From NCBI GenBank assembly GCA_041665405.1, contig JBAYIZ010000001.1, positions 26,618 to 90,617 on the forward strand: 64,000 nt of DNA, written 5' to 3'. The stretch's first letter is position 1. Every line of letters begins with the position of its first letter. Below are positions 1-9,938 of this stretch, one piece after another. The notes beneath the pieces were generated by a model. The model was not told the DNA's origin and ran no database searches. It saw only the letters and a list, made by a program, of their open reading frames with translations. The position numbers and the translations under genes are program-made. The stretch comes from Candidatus Magasanikiibacteriota bacterium (GTDB taxonomy: Bacteria > Patescibacteriota > Patescibacteriia > Magasanikbacterales > GWA2-37-8).

Positions 1-732
1 GTATTTGCGGTGGGAAATTGTTTTCGGGCTGAACAACATGCTACCACTCGTCACCTCAATGAATTTACCGGATTGGATTTGGAATTTGGTATGATCGAAG
101 ATCATCGTGATGTAATGAATTTGGAAGTGGAAATGTTGCGCTATATTTTGGATCATTTGGACAAGACCGTTCCAAATGAATTGAAATTGTGGAATTATGT
201 GCGTCCAGAAATCCCAGCCGAAGTACCATCTTTTAAATTGCGCGAAGTGCAGCAATTAATTAAAACCGGAACTGGTGTAGATCACACCGCCGAACCAGAT
301 TTGGAACCAAGTGAAGAAAAATGGATTGGTGAATATGCCAAAACTAAATTAAATTCTGATCTTGTTTTTGTTACTCATTATCCAACATCCAAACGTCCGA
401 TGTACACCTATCCAGATGAAACCGATCCAGAATTCACCAAGAGTTTTGATTTGTTATTCAAAGGGGTGGAAATTACTTCTGGCGGACAAAGATTTAATGA
501 TTATAATCAGCTGGTAGAAAGCATGAAGAAAAAAGATTTGAATCCAGATGATTTCAAATTTTATTTGGAAGCGTTTAAGTATGGTATGCCGCCAGAAGGT
601 GGTTTGGGTCTGGGATTAGAGCGCCTCACTGCCAAATTGCTTGGTATTGATAATGTGAAATACGCTACACTATTCCCACGCGATTTGAATCGTATTGATT
701 TACAATTATCACCACCTGAAAATAAACAATAA
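1..732 (+). CDS. aspS: Aspartyl-tRNA synthetase, archaeal/non-discriminating type (5'-truncated by window)
   Basis: Class II motifs FRAE..TTRHLNEF and GMPPEGGLGLGLERL, plus EITSGGQR and LFPRD; no bacterial GAD insertion visible. Confidence 0.9.
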   Translation, partial: VFAVGNCFRAEQHATTRHLNEFTGLDLEFGMIEDHRDVMNLEVEMLRYILDHLDKTVPNELKLWNYVRPEIPAEVPSFKLREVQQLIKTGTGVDHTAEPDLEPSEEKWIGEYAKTKLNSDLVFVTHYPTSKRPMYTYPDETDPEFTKSFDLLFKGVEITSGGQRFNDYNQLVESMKKKDLNPDDFKFYLEAFKYGMPPEGGLGLGLERLTAKLLGIDNVKYATLFPRDLNRIDLQLSPPENKQ

Positions 733-733
733 T

Positions 734-1018
734 ATGTTTTCTCCCTTACAAATCAGCATCTTGAAAGAATGCTATGAAAATAGGGGAAAGGTTAGTCGAC
801 AAATTTTTTTACGACTGTATAGAAATAAAAAAATTAAATCATTACCAGTCAAAATAATTACCCAAAGTTTAGAACGTCTTATCAAAAGGGGATATATTAT
901 CGGGTATTGTATTTTGAGGTCAGATAAAATATTTATCAAGGATATCAAAATCACCGCCGTGGGTATAAAAGCTTATGAGTTGTGGTGGGAAAAAAGACAG
1001 AGAAAGTTACCGTTTTAA
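734..1018 (+). CDS. Small basic hypothetical protein, possible winged-helix
   Basis: ATG 1 nt after aspS stop; SLERLIKRGYIIG..IKITAVG resembles a wHTH end; fills the gap before scpA. Confidence 0.6.
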   Translation: MFSPLQISILKECYENRGKVSRQIFLRLYRNKKIKSLPVKIITQSLERLIKRGYIIGYCILRSDKIFIKDIKITAVGIKAYELWWEKRQRKLPF

Positions 1019-1020
1019 AA

Positions 1021-1713
1021 ATGACACCAGATATTAAATTAGAAAAGTTTCAGGGTCCACTCGATTTGTTGTTACAATTAATCGAGTTGGAAAAACTGAA
1101 CATCACTGAAGTTTCGTTATCGCAAATTACCGAACAGTTTTTGAATTTTTTGGATAAAATGGAAAAGGATCGTTCGGAAGAGCTGGCTGATTTTTTGGTG
1201 ATTGCCACAAAATTAGTTTATCTAAAATCAAGAACATTATTACCATATCTATATCCAGAAGAAGACGAAGGACCAAGTTTGGCGGATCAGCTCAAAATGT
1301 ATCAGCAATATATTTTGGCTAGTAAAAAGATCAACATTTATTGGAATCAGAACCGGATTGCCTATGGACGTGTAGAACCACCAGTAAAAAATACAGAATT
1401 TGTTTTGCCTCTCAATGCGCGGGGTGAAGATTTGCTGAAATCAATGGAAAAATTGGTGTCACGACTACGACCGATAAATCCATTGCCAAGAATCACTATT
1501 GATAGAGCTATATCGGTAAAACAAAAAGTTGATTCTATTTGGAACGCTTTGAAAATGCACAAAAAAATAAATTTCAAAGATTTGTTGGCTAGCGCCGAGA
1601 ATAAAACCGAAGTGATTGTAAGTTTTTTGGCGTTATTGGAATTGATGCGTGACCAAAAAGCTTTTATCAATCAGGATAGTGCATTTGGTAGTATGGAGAT
1701 AAATTTAGTATAA
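1021..1713 (+). CDS. scpA: Segregation and condensation protein A
   Basis: FQGPLDLLLQLI, FLVIATKLVYLKSR, IVSFLALLEL; upstream of scpB. Confidence 0.93.
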   Translation: MTPDIKLEKFQGPLDLLLQLIELEKLNITEVSLSQITEQFLNFLDKMEKDRSEELADFLVIATKLVYLKSRTLLPYLYPEEDEGPSLADQLKMYQQYILASKKINIYWNQNRIAYGRVEPPVKNTEFVLPLNARGEDLLKSMEKLVSRLRPINPLPRITIDRAISVKQKVDSIWNALKMHKKINFKDLLASAENKTEVIVSFLALLELMRDQKAFINQDSAFGSMEINLV

Positions 1714-1725
1714 AAATATTGTAAT

Positions 1726-2277
1726 ATGAATATTAACTCACAACTGGAAACAATTTTATTTGTGGCGAGTAAGCCGCTATCTTTGAAAAAAATTATTAAG
1801 GTTTTGCAAGTCGAAGAACCAATCGTCCAAGAGGCGCTCGCCAATCTATGTGCAAAATATAATAATCAAGAATCTGGCATAGTGGTTATTCAAAACAATG
1901 ATGAATGGCAAATGGTCGCCAATCCAGACAATCACGAATCCGCGGAGAATTTTTTGAAAGCAGAAGTAAGTGGTGAACTGACTAGACCACAACTAGAGAC
2001 CCTCACAGTTGTTTCTTATTGCGGGCCAATCACCAGACCAGAACTTGAACAAATTCGCGGGGTGAATTGTAGTCTTATTTTACGTAATCTTATGATGCGC
2101 GGATTGGTAAAAGAAGCAGACGATCCATCTGGATTATTGCCAAAATATGAAGTAACCATGGATTATCTTCGTCATCTGGGGATTAATAATTTGAATGAGT
2201 TGCCTGACTATGATAAACTGCACAATCACGAACATATTAGTAATACTTTGATGCAAACCAACGAAAGTGCGTCTTAA
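1726..2277 (+). CDS. scpB: Segregation and condensation protein B
   Basis: LETILF, LETLTVVSY.GPITRPELEQIRGVN, GINNLNELP. Confidence 0.93.
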   Translation: MNINSQLETILFVASKPLSLKKIIKVLQVEEPIVQEALANLCAKYNNQESGIVVIQNNDEWQMVANPDNHESAENFLKAEVSGELTRPQLETLTVVSYCGPITRPELEQIRGVNCSLILRNLMMRGLVKEADDPSGLLPKYEVTMDYLRHLGINNLNELPDYDKLHNHEHISNTLMQTNESAS

Positions 2278-2288
2278 ACAGTTTGTCT

Positions 2289-3302
2289 ATGTCTAAAAAA
2301 CTTTTTGATTTTATTTCTTCTTTTGGTATGATGTTGGCCGGGGTCGTTTTGCTTTTTCTCGGTTCGGTATCATATCCTCAAGTTTCTCAAAAAGTTTCTT
2401 TTTTGCCCAAATCAAACCCAAGAATATTAATAGTGACCGGTGGCGACGAACAACCGGCAGTGCTTCCTATCAGCCATCCCAATGTTCCATTAAAAAACGA
2501 TCAAACAGAATGTGATGTAAAATTGACAGCTGTCACCTCTATTTTAATGGATGATAAAACTGACACAGTCTTGTTTGAAAAAAATGCCGACATGGTACGG
2601 CCACTGGCAAGTATTACAAAATTAATGTCTGCTTTAGTTTTGCTTGACCTTAACCCAGATTGGAATAAAGTGGTGGAAATTACGCCAGAGATTTATGATG
2701 CCAATAGTCATTTCATAAATGTTGGTGAAAAATTTACGATGGGTGATCTCTGGGATATCGCTTTGATAGGATCCTCCAATAGCGCCATTAATGCCCTAGT
2801 AAGTGGAAGTGGTTTAAAAAATGAAGAGTTTGTATTAAAAATGAATGAAAAAGCTCAAGATTTGCGCTTGCGCAGTATGCGATTTATCGAACCATCGGGT
2901 ATAGATGATAAAAATATTGGTAGCGCTCGTGATACTGCTCGACTATTAAAATATGCATTGGTAAGTGATAAGATTTTTAATACTTTACAAACACCAGAAT
3001 ATTATGCCAAGCCAATTGGTCAAAAGCAAAGAAGGATTTGGACAACAGATTGGCTTTTGTCCAAATGGGTACCAAATAAGTTTGGGGATTTGACCATCGC
3101 GGGCAAGACTGGATTTATTGATAATTCAAAATATAATTTTGCTGTACGTATCGAAAATGGTGGCAAGCGGGCTATTCGCACAGTCATATTGGGTGCGGAC
3201 ACGATGGAAGCAAGATTTAGCGAAGCGCGTGATTTGGCTACGTGGGCATTTGAACATTATTCATGGCCAGGAGATAGTGGTTATGAAAAACTCGCGATAT
3301 AA
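2289..3302 (+). CDS. D-alanyl-D-alanine carboxypeptidase (peptidase S11)
   Basis: SxxK (ASITK), SxN (SSN) and KTG motifs; N-terminal hydrophobic anchor. Confidence 0.88.
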   Translation: MSKKLFDFISSFGMMLAGVVLLFLGSVSYPQVSQKVSFLPKSNPRILIVTGGDEQPAVLPISHPNVPLKNDQTECDVKLTAVTSILMDDKTDTVLFEKNADMVRPLASITKLMSALVLLDLNPDWNKVVEITPEIYDANSHFINVGEKFTMGDLWDIALIGSSNSAINALVSGSGLKNEEFVLKMNEKAQDLRLRSMRFIEPSGIDDKNIGSARDTARLLKYALVSDKIFNTLQTPEYYAKPIGQKQRRIWTTDWLLSKWVPNKFGDLTIAGKTGFIDNSKYNFAVRIENGGKRAIRTVILGADTMEARFSEARDLATWAFEHYSWPGDSGYEKLAI

Positions 3303-3371
3303 ATATAAAAATATTCATATACCCCAATTCACTTTGGGGTTTTTTATTTTTGTGGTATAATATACATTGTT

Positions 3372-4526
3372 ATGCAATTGAAAAGTATAAAAAATGTGAA
3401 ACATTTATTTGGTCAGCGTATTTTGGTACGAGTGGATTTTAATGTACCCATAAAAAATGGACAAGTAATGGACAATTATAAAATTCAAACTAGTTTACCA
3501 ACGATAAAATTTTTATTACACTGTGGCGCGCGAGTGGTATTGGTTAGTCATTTGGGACGCCCTACGAAAAAAGAAAAAAAGTTTTCGCTATTACCAGTTG
3601 CCAAAGAACTAGAAAAATTAATCGGCGTTAGAGTATATTTTGGTAATTTAGAAAATCGTGACGATTGGGAAGGAGAAAAATTAGTATTATTAGAGAATAT
3701 TCGTTTTTATAAAGAGGAAGAAGCAAATGATATAAATTTTGCCAAGCGTTTATCTCGGTTAGCGGACATGTTTGTTTTGGATGGTTTTGCAGTAGCACAC
3801 CGTGATAGCCCTTCTGTCAGTGGTGTGGCGAGATATTTGCCTGCATATGCTGGTCTGTTATTGATGTCGGAAATAGAGGGTCTATCTAATATTTTGTCCA
3901 AGCCGAAACAGCCGATGGTAGTGTTGTTGGGTGGTTTAAAAATTGAAACAAAGTTATCAATTTTAAAAAATCTATTACCAAAAGCCAGTAAGATTTTATT
4001 ATCAGGTGAGATATTTAATACTTATTTGTGGGCCAAGGGTTATGGTGTTGGCAATTCGATACTTGATAAGAAATTTAGAAGTGATGTTTTGCGCGATTTG
4101 AAAAATAAAAAAATAATAATGCCAGTAGATGTGGTAGCCGGAACTGCAAAAGGTAAGAATGCCCGTGTAGTTTCATTGGTCAAAAAGTTTGTTTTAAAAA
4201 AGGATGAGGGTATATATGATGTTGGACCAAAAACAGTTTTGTTATTTGCTAAGTATATAAAAACTGCCAATACTTTGATTTGTAATGGGGCGATGGGGAT
4301 GTTTGAACAAACGCCGTATCACCATGGTACCTATGCTTTGATGAATTTATTTGCTAGCAAATCAAAGGGAAAAGCATATGGTGTTTGTGGAGGAGGCGAG
4401 ACATTAGAAATTTTACGCCATCTTGATTTGTTAAATAGCGTGGATTTGGTTTCTACCGGTGGTGGAGCCATGCTCGAGTTTTTAAGCGGTAAAAAATTGC
4501 CTGGTTTAAAAAATTTAATAAAATAA
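3372..4526 (+). CDS. pgk: Phosphoglycerate kinase
   Basis: RVDFNVP, SHLGRP, LLENIRF, VSTGGGAMLEFLSGKKLPG. Confidence 0.95.
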   Translation: MQLKSIKNVKHLFGQRILVRVDFNVPIKNGQVMDNYKIQTSLPTIKFLLHCGARVVLVSHLGRPTKKEKKFSLLPVAKELEKLIGVRVYFGNLENRDDWEGEKLVLLENIRFYKEEEANDINFAKRLSRLADMFVLDGFAVAHRDSPSVSGVARYLPAYAGLLLMSEIEGLSNILSKPKQPMVVLLGGLKIETKLSILKNLLPKASKILLSGEIFNTYLWAKGYGVGNSILDKKFRSDVLRDLKNKKIIMPVDVVAGTAKGKNARVVSLVKKFVLKKDEGIYDVGPKTVLLFAKYIKTANTLICNGAMGMFEQTPYHHGTYALMNLFASKSKGKAYGVCGGGETLEILRHLDLLNSVDLVSTGGGAMLEFLSGKKLPGLKNLIK

Positions 4527-4585
4527 TTTAATATTAATTAATTTCGAATGAACAGCGAACGCTGTTGATTCGTTTGGGGGTTATT

Positions 4586-5443
4586 ATGCCTATCGTAACA
4601 AAGACCCCAACTATTCCTGTTACAGCAAAAAAAGAATGCTGTGGTAGTAGTTGGGAAACAGGTGGCCACATGGGTTGTGGTCATAGCCATTTTGCCAAAA
4701 AATTGATCAAGACATTGATCGGTATTTTGTTGGTTTATTTAATCGTGTTCACAGGAACATTGATCCGAAACAATGGTAAAAAATATTTTACTATTGGAAA
4801 AGCCGACACAATGGAACGTACTATTATGGTTGCAGGATATGGTAAGGTGAGTGGTAATAATGATATTGCGGTTACCACTATCGGATATTCCAACACTGAC
4901 AAAGATGTAGCCAAAGCACAGTTGGATAATAAAAAAGTTATGGATCAAATAACTTCTGAACTAAAAACTTTTGGTATAGCTGATAAAGATTTGCAAAGTA
5001 GTTATACTATTTATCCTGATTATAATTATACTCAAGATAAAGGTCAGCAATTAATTGGTTATAGAGTTTCCAACCAACTCACTATCAAGATTAGAGATTT
5101 GAGTAAAATCCCTCAAATTTTGGGATTAGCTGGAAAATATGGCGCAACCGAAGTTAGTGGTTTGAATTTCACCATTGATGATCCAGAAAATCTAAAGATG
5201 GACGCTCGTGCCAAAGCGTTGACTGATGCCAAAACTAAAGCTCAATATTTGTCAGAAAAATTGGGTGTACAACTGGGTTCAGTCGTTTCCTTCAATGAAT
5301 ATGAGGGATCAAGCGACGTGTATCCTATGAAAGTAATGTCCTCATACTCTACTGGTATGGGTGGTGGTGCGCCAGAATCAGTATCTAGTGGAAGTAAAGA
5401 CGTGGTAATGAATGTGAACGTAACTTTCGAAATATCTCAGTAG
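4586..5443 (+). CDS. SIMPL (DUF541) domain protein with N-terminal TM
   Basis: IYPDYNY...GYRVSNQLTIKIRD, ALTDAKTKA..L...LGV.LG pattern. Confidence 0.85.
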   Translation: MPIVTKTPTIPVTAKKECCGSSWETGGHMGCGHSHFAKKLIKTLIGILLVYLIVFTGTLIRNNGKKYFTIGKADTMERTIMVAGYGKVSGNNDIAVTTIGYSNTDKDVAKAQLDNKKVMDQITSELKTFGIADKDLQSSYTIYPDYNYTQDKGQQLIGYRVSNQLTIKIRDLSKIPQILGLAGKYGATEVSGLNFTIDDPENLKMDARAKALTDAKTKAQYLSEKLGVQLGSVVSFNEYEGSSDVYPMKVMSSYSTGMGGGAPESVSSGSKDVVMNVNVTFEISQ

Positions 5444-5451
5444 TATAAACG

Positions 5452-5479
5452 AAAAAAGAGGTGTAAATACCTCTTTTTT
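5452..5479. terminator. Intrinsic terminator
   Basis: aaaaaagaggt-gtaaat-acctctttttt hairpin with T tract. Confidence 0.75.
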
Positions 5480-5534
5480 AATTTCTTTTGTTATGGTATA
5501 ATGGATAACAAATAGCTATCTAATTTTTGATTGT

Positions 5535-6782
5535 ATGAAAATTAAGCAAATTGTTGGGAGGGAAATTTTGGATTCACGCGGCAATCCAACCGTGGAAGCC
5601 AAGTTAGTTTTGGAGAATGGTATCGTCAGTATTGCGAAAGTACCATCAGGTGCCTCTACTGGCTCGCATGAGGCATTGGAATTGCGTGATGGTGGTAAAC
5701 GTTATGGGGGCAAAGGTGTTTTGAAGGCAGTCAAAAATATCAACACTACTATTGCCAAAAAATTGGTCGGTTTGGAAGTGGAAGATTTGAAAAATTTGGA
5801 CAAAGTAATGATAGAATTGGACGGAACTAAAAATAAAACAAATTTAGGAGCGAATGCAATCCTGGCAGTATCGATGGCCGCCGCGAGAGCAGGAGCGGAA
5901 ACTAAAAAAATTCCACTTTATAAATATTTACGCCAGGTTTATTCTATTGCCGAAAAAGAATATCGTTTGCCGGTACCGATGATGAATATTTTGAATGGTG
6001 GACGTCATGCCGACAATGGTTTGTCTATCCAAGAGTTCATGATTATTCCTCGTCACAAATTGATGAGTGAACGTGTGCGGATGGGATCACAAATTTTTCA
6101 TGCTTTGGCCAATATTTTAAGTCAAAAAGGTTATGTTACTTCAGTAGGTGATGAAGGTGGTTTTGCTCCAGAACTTTTGAACAACGAACGGGCACTTCAG
6201 GTGATAATGGAAGCTATAAAATATACTGGATGGATTCCGGGAAAGAATGTGTTCCTAGGTTTAGACGTGGCCGCTTCAGAGTTTTTTCATAGTAAAAAAT
6301 ATTATTTTGTTAGTAAAAAACAAGGTTGGAGCGCAGATAAAATGATTGACGTGTATAAAGAGTGGGTTAAAAAATATCCAATAATCTCTATTGAAGATGG
6401 TTTGAGTGAGGATGATTGGGACAGTTGGAATAAGTTGACCAAAGAAATGGGTAGTAAAATTACTTTGGTCGGAGATGATTTATTTGTCACCAATACTGAA
6501 CGTTTACAAATGGGTATAGACCAAAAAGTTGGTAATGCTATTTTAATTAAACTTAATCAGATTGGGACAGTGAGTGAAACTATGGCGGCTATAATGCTCG
6601 CCAAGAAAAACGGCTATAAGGTAGCCGTTTCACATCGAAGTGGTGAAACTAGCGATACATTTATTGCTGATTTGGCAGTGGCAGTAAATTCAGAATTTAT
6701 CAAAACTGGCTCGCTATCTCGTTCGGAACGTGTTGAAAAATACAATCGTTTGATGGAAATCGAAGCTGAATTATCGGTTTAA
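5535..6782 (+). CDS. eno: Enolase
   Basis: EILDSRGNPTVE, VPSGASTG, GDEGGFAP, SHRSGET. Confidence 0.97.
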   Translation: MKIKQIVGREILDSRGNPTVEAKLVLENGIVSIAKVPSGASTGSHEALELRDGGKRYGGKGVLKAVKNINTTIAKKLVGLEVEDLKNLDKVMIELDGTKNKTNLGANAILAVSMAAARAGAETKKIPLYKYLRQVYSIAEKEYRLPVPMMNILNGGRHADNGLSIQEFMIIPRHKLMSERVRMGSQIFHALANILSQKGYVTSVGDEGGFAPELLNNERALQVIMEAIKYTGWIPGKNVFLGLDVAASEFFHSKKYYFVSKKQGWSADKMIDVYKEWVKKYPIISIEDGLSEDDWDSWNKLTKEMGSKITLVGDDLFVTNTERLQMGIDQKVGNAILIKLNQIGTVSETMAAIMLAKKNGYKVAVSHRSGETSDTFIADLAVAVNSEFIKTGSLSRSERVEKYNRLMEIEAELSV

Positions 6783-6783
6783 T

Positions 6784-8328
6784 ATGCCCGAGCAAAAAAC
6801 AACTGTACTAGTAATCCTTGATGGTTGGGGTATTGGACAAACGGAAAATACTCTTGATCCAATCGTGCCAGAACATGCGCCGAATTATTTTGATTTTTTA
6901 AAAAAGTATCCCAACACCCAATTGGAGGCCAGTGCAGAAGCGGTAGGATTGTTCAAAAAACAGGAAGGAAATAGTGAAGCTGGTCATATCAATTTGGGAG
7001 CGGGGAGAGTAGTGAAGCAAGACGCTTTGTATGTTAGTGATGCGATAGCCGACGGCACTTTTTTCAAGAATAATGCTTTTTATCAAGCGTTGCATCATGT
7101 CAAAAAATATAATACAGCCGTGCATTTGATGGGGTTGTTGTCCAATCATAATAGCGCGCATTCATGCCCAGAGCATTTGTACGCTTTGTTGGAATTAATG
7201 AAAAAAGAAAAGATAAAAAAAGTTTTTTTGCATTTGTTTACAGACGGTCGTGACTCTGCTCCACATGATGCTGTGAATCATCTCAAAAAATTGAGAGACC
7301 ATATGAGTGGTGACGAAAAAATTGCTACTGTTATGGGGAGGTTGTATGCGATGGATAGAAATAAAAATTGGCATAGGACAAAAATGGCATACGAGGCAAT
7401 GACATTAGGGAAAGGCAAACTTGTGAGTACTGCCGAAGAAGCTCTTTTGAAAGCATATGATTGTGGGGAGTCGGATGAGTTTATTTCGCCGACCATAATT
7501 GTTGATCAAAATAAACCGATAGCCACAATAAAAAATAATGATGCAATCTTTTTTTTCAATCTTCGCAGTGATCGGGCGCGTGAAATAACAAAAGCATTCG
7601 TGCAACCAGATTTTGAAAAAGTAAATCCTGGGGCTTTCAAGCGAACACGCATACCAAAAAATACTAGGTTTGTCGCGTTGACTGATTTTGGTCCGGATTT
7701 ACCAGGTGTGTTGACCGCGTATCCCAGTCGCGATGTAAATAATAGTTTAGTACAGTTTTTGTGTCCCAAAAAACAACTATATGTGGCAGAATCAGAAAAA
7801 TTTGCTCACGTCACTTATTTCTTCAATGGTGGTTATGCTCAACATTTTTGTGATGAAGAATGGGTTAAAATACCAACTCCATCCGCAGAAAATTATGAAA
7901 ACAAACCAGAGATGAACGCCAAAGGAGTGGGTGATAAAGTAGTAGAGGCAATAGAATCTGGCAAATACGAATTTATTGTTTGTAATTTTGCCAACGCCGA
8001 TATGGTTGGCCATACTGGCAATTTCAAAGCTGCTCAAGAGGCAGTACAAGCCATTGATGAACAGTTGGGTAGAATAGTTCAGGCTTTGACAGCTGTTAAA
8101 GGGCAAGGTATAATCACAGCCGATCACGGCAATATTGAAGAGATGATAAATATGCGAACTGGCGGTATTGATACAGAACATTCATTGAACCCAGTACCCT
8201 GTATTATAATAGGTTCAGGCGCCAAGCAGATCAAAAAATCTGGCAAACTCGCTGATGTGGCCCCAACTTTGATCAAAATGATGGGGCTAAAAAAACCAAA
8301 AGAAATGACTGGTAAATCATTGATATAG
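6784..8328 (+). CDS. gpmI: 2,3-bisphosphoglycerate-independent phosphoglycerate mutase, copy 1
   Basis: ILDGWG, GNSEAGH, DGRD, NFANADMVGHTG, TADHGN. Confidence 0.93.
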   Translation: MPEQKTTVLVILDGWGIGQTENTLDPIVPEHAPNYFDFLKKYPNTQLEASAEAVGLFKKQEGNSEAGHINLGAGRVVKQDALYVSDAIADGTFFKNNAFYQALHHVKKYNTAVHLMGLLSNHNSAHSCPEHLYALLELMKKEKIKKVFLHLFTDGRDSAPHDAVNHLKKLRDHMSGDEKIATVMGRLYAMDRNKNWHRTKMAYEAMTLGKGKLVSTAEEALLKAYDCGESDEFISPTIIVDQNKPIATIKNNDAIFFFNLRSDRAREITKAFVQPDFEKVNPGAFKRTRIPKNTRFVALTDFGPDLPGVLTAYPSRDVNNSLVQFLCPKKQLYVAESEKFAHVTYFFNGGYAQHFCDEEWVKIPTPSAENYENKPEMNAKGVGDKVVEAIESGKYEFIVCNFANADMVGHTGNFKAAQEAVQAIDEQLGRIVQALTAVKGQGIITADHGNIEEMINMRTGGIDTEHSLNPVPCIIIGSGAKQIKKSGKLADVAPTLIKMMGLKKPKEMTGKSLI

Positions 8329-8329
8329 T

Positions 8330-9907
8330 ATGGCTTATAAATTAGTAACTCTTGTAATTTTTGACGGCTTGGGTGTGGCGCCTTCATCGGATGGCAACGC
8401 AGTTACACATGCCAAGATGACCAATTTTCAAAATTACATAAAAAATTATCCAGTGATGACTGTATATGCTTCAGGAAATGAGGTTGGTTTGTCTTTTGGA
8501 GAAATGGGTAATTCTGAAGTTGGACATTTGAATATTGGTGCGGGCCGAGTTTATTACCAGTCTTGCCCGCGTATTAATAATGAAATTGGCAATGGTGAAT
8601 TTTTCAAGAATCCAGCTTTTTTGGCGGCGGTAGAAAATGTCAAAAAAAATAAAACCAATCTTCATCTAGTGGGTTTGCTCGGGACAGGAAATGTGCACGC
8701 TAGCGATAGCCATTTGTATGCGCTCTTGGATTTTTGTGCACAAAATAAAATAGGTGATAGAGTATTTGTTCATGGAGTTTTGGACGGGCGAGATGCTCTA
8801 TATAATTCTGGAAAAACTTTTGTGACAGATTTGTTGGAAAAAATGAGAGTCACTAAAACTGGACAGTTGGCTTCATTGTCTGGACGTTTTTATGCGTTGG
8901 ACAGAGATAATCGTTGGGATCGTTGTGAAAAAGCTTACCAGGCCATGGCTTTGGGCAAGGCTGAGCGTAGTGGTGATGATCCGCTGAAAGTGATTGACGA
9001 TTCATATGCAGTAAAAAATTATGATGAGGAATTTACTCCAACTGTGATTACCAAAAAAGGTAAACCGGTTGTAACTATAAAAGAAAATGATTCAGTAATA
9101 TTTTTTAATTTCCGTCCTGATAGAGCACGTGAATTGACCAAAGCTTTTGTATTACCTGGGTTTAATAAATTTGAAAGAGAATATATAAAGAATTTGTTTT
9201 TTGTAACGATGACAGAATTTGAAAAAGATCTACCAGTGATGGTGGCTTATCCGCCGATTGTCGTACATAATTCATTGGCCGAAACAGTAAGTAAAGCCGG
9301 TAAAAAACAATTTCATGTGGCCGAGACAGAAAAATATGCGCATATTACTTTCTTTTTAAATGGTACAGTAGAAGATCCGTTTATTGGAGAAGATCGAATG
9401 ATCGTACCGTCACCAAAAGTATCTTCATATGCGGAAGCTCCAGAGATGTCTGCCGCTTCAGTTGCCAAAGAAGCGGTCAAAGCAATCGACAGTGGGAAGT
9501 ATGATTTGATCGCTCTAAATTTTGCCAATGCTGATATGGTCGGACATACAGGTGATTTGGCCGCCACAATAAAAGGTTGTGAAGCCGCTGATAAAGCATT
9601 TGGAGAAGTTGTTCATCATACTTTGGCTCAAGGTGGAGTGGTAGTGGTGACAGCTGATCATGGGAATGCAGAAGAAATTGTAAATTTACAAACAGGAGAA
9701 ATAGATAAAGAACACTCTACCAATCCTGTGCCACTATTAGTTATTAGTAAAGAATTTGAGGGGCAAGCCGGTCCAGCTGGTGAACCACCAGAAGGCGATT
9801 TGAGTCTGATGCATCCAGTGGGGGTACTCGCCGATGTAGCGCCGACAGTTCTGAGTCTTATGGGTGTGCAAATACCGTCGGAGATGACTGGGACGGCATT
9901 GATATAA
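8330..9907 (+). CDS. gpmI: 2,3-bisphosphoglycerate-independent phosphoglycerate mutase, copy 2
   Basis: MGNSEVGH, DGRD, AETEKYAH, DMVGHTG, TADHGNAE. Confidence 0.93.
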   Translation: MAYKLVTLVIFDGLGVAPSSDGNAVTHAKMTNFQNYIKNYPVMTVYASGNEVGLSFGEMGNSEVGHLNIGAGRVYYQSCPRINNEIGNGEFFKNPAFLAAVENVKKNKTNLHLVGLLGTGNVHASDSHLYALLDFCAQNKIGDRVFVHGVLDGRDALYNSGKTFVTDLLEKMRVTKTGQLASLSGRFYALDRDNRWDRCEKAYQAMALGKAERSGDDPLKVIDDSYAVKNYDEEFTPTVITKKGKPVVTIKENDSVIFFNFRPDRARELTKAFVLPGFNKFEREYIKNLFFVTMTEFEKDLPVMVAYPPIVVHNSLAETVSKAGKKQFHVAETEKYAHITFFLNGTVEDPFIGEDRMIVPSPKVSSYAEAPEMSAASVAKEAVKAIDSGKYDLIALNFANADMVGHTGDLAATIKGCEAADKAFGEVVHHTLAQGGVVVVTADHGNAEEIVNLQTGEIDKEHSTNPVPLLVISKEFEGQAGPAGEPPEGDLSLMHPVGVLADVAPTVLSLMGVQIPSEMTGTALI

Positions 9908-9911
9908 AAAC

Positions 9912-9938
9912 AAAATCCCTGATTAGTTCAGGGATTTT
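9912..9938. terminator. Bidirectional terminator between convergent gpmI and DHH genes
   Basis: aaaatccctga-ttagt-tcagggatttt. Confidence 0.7.
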
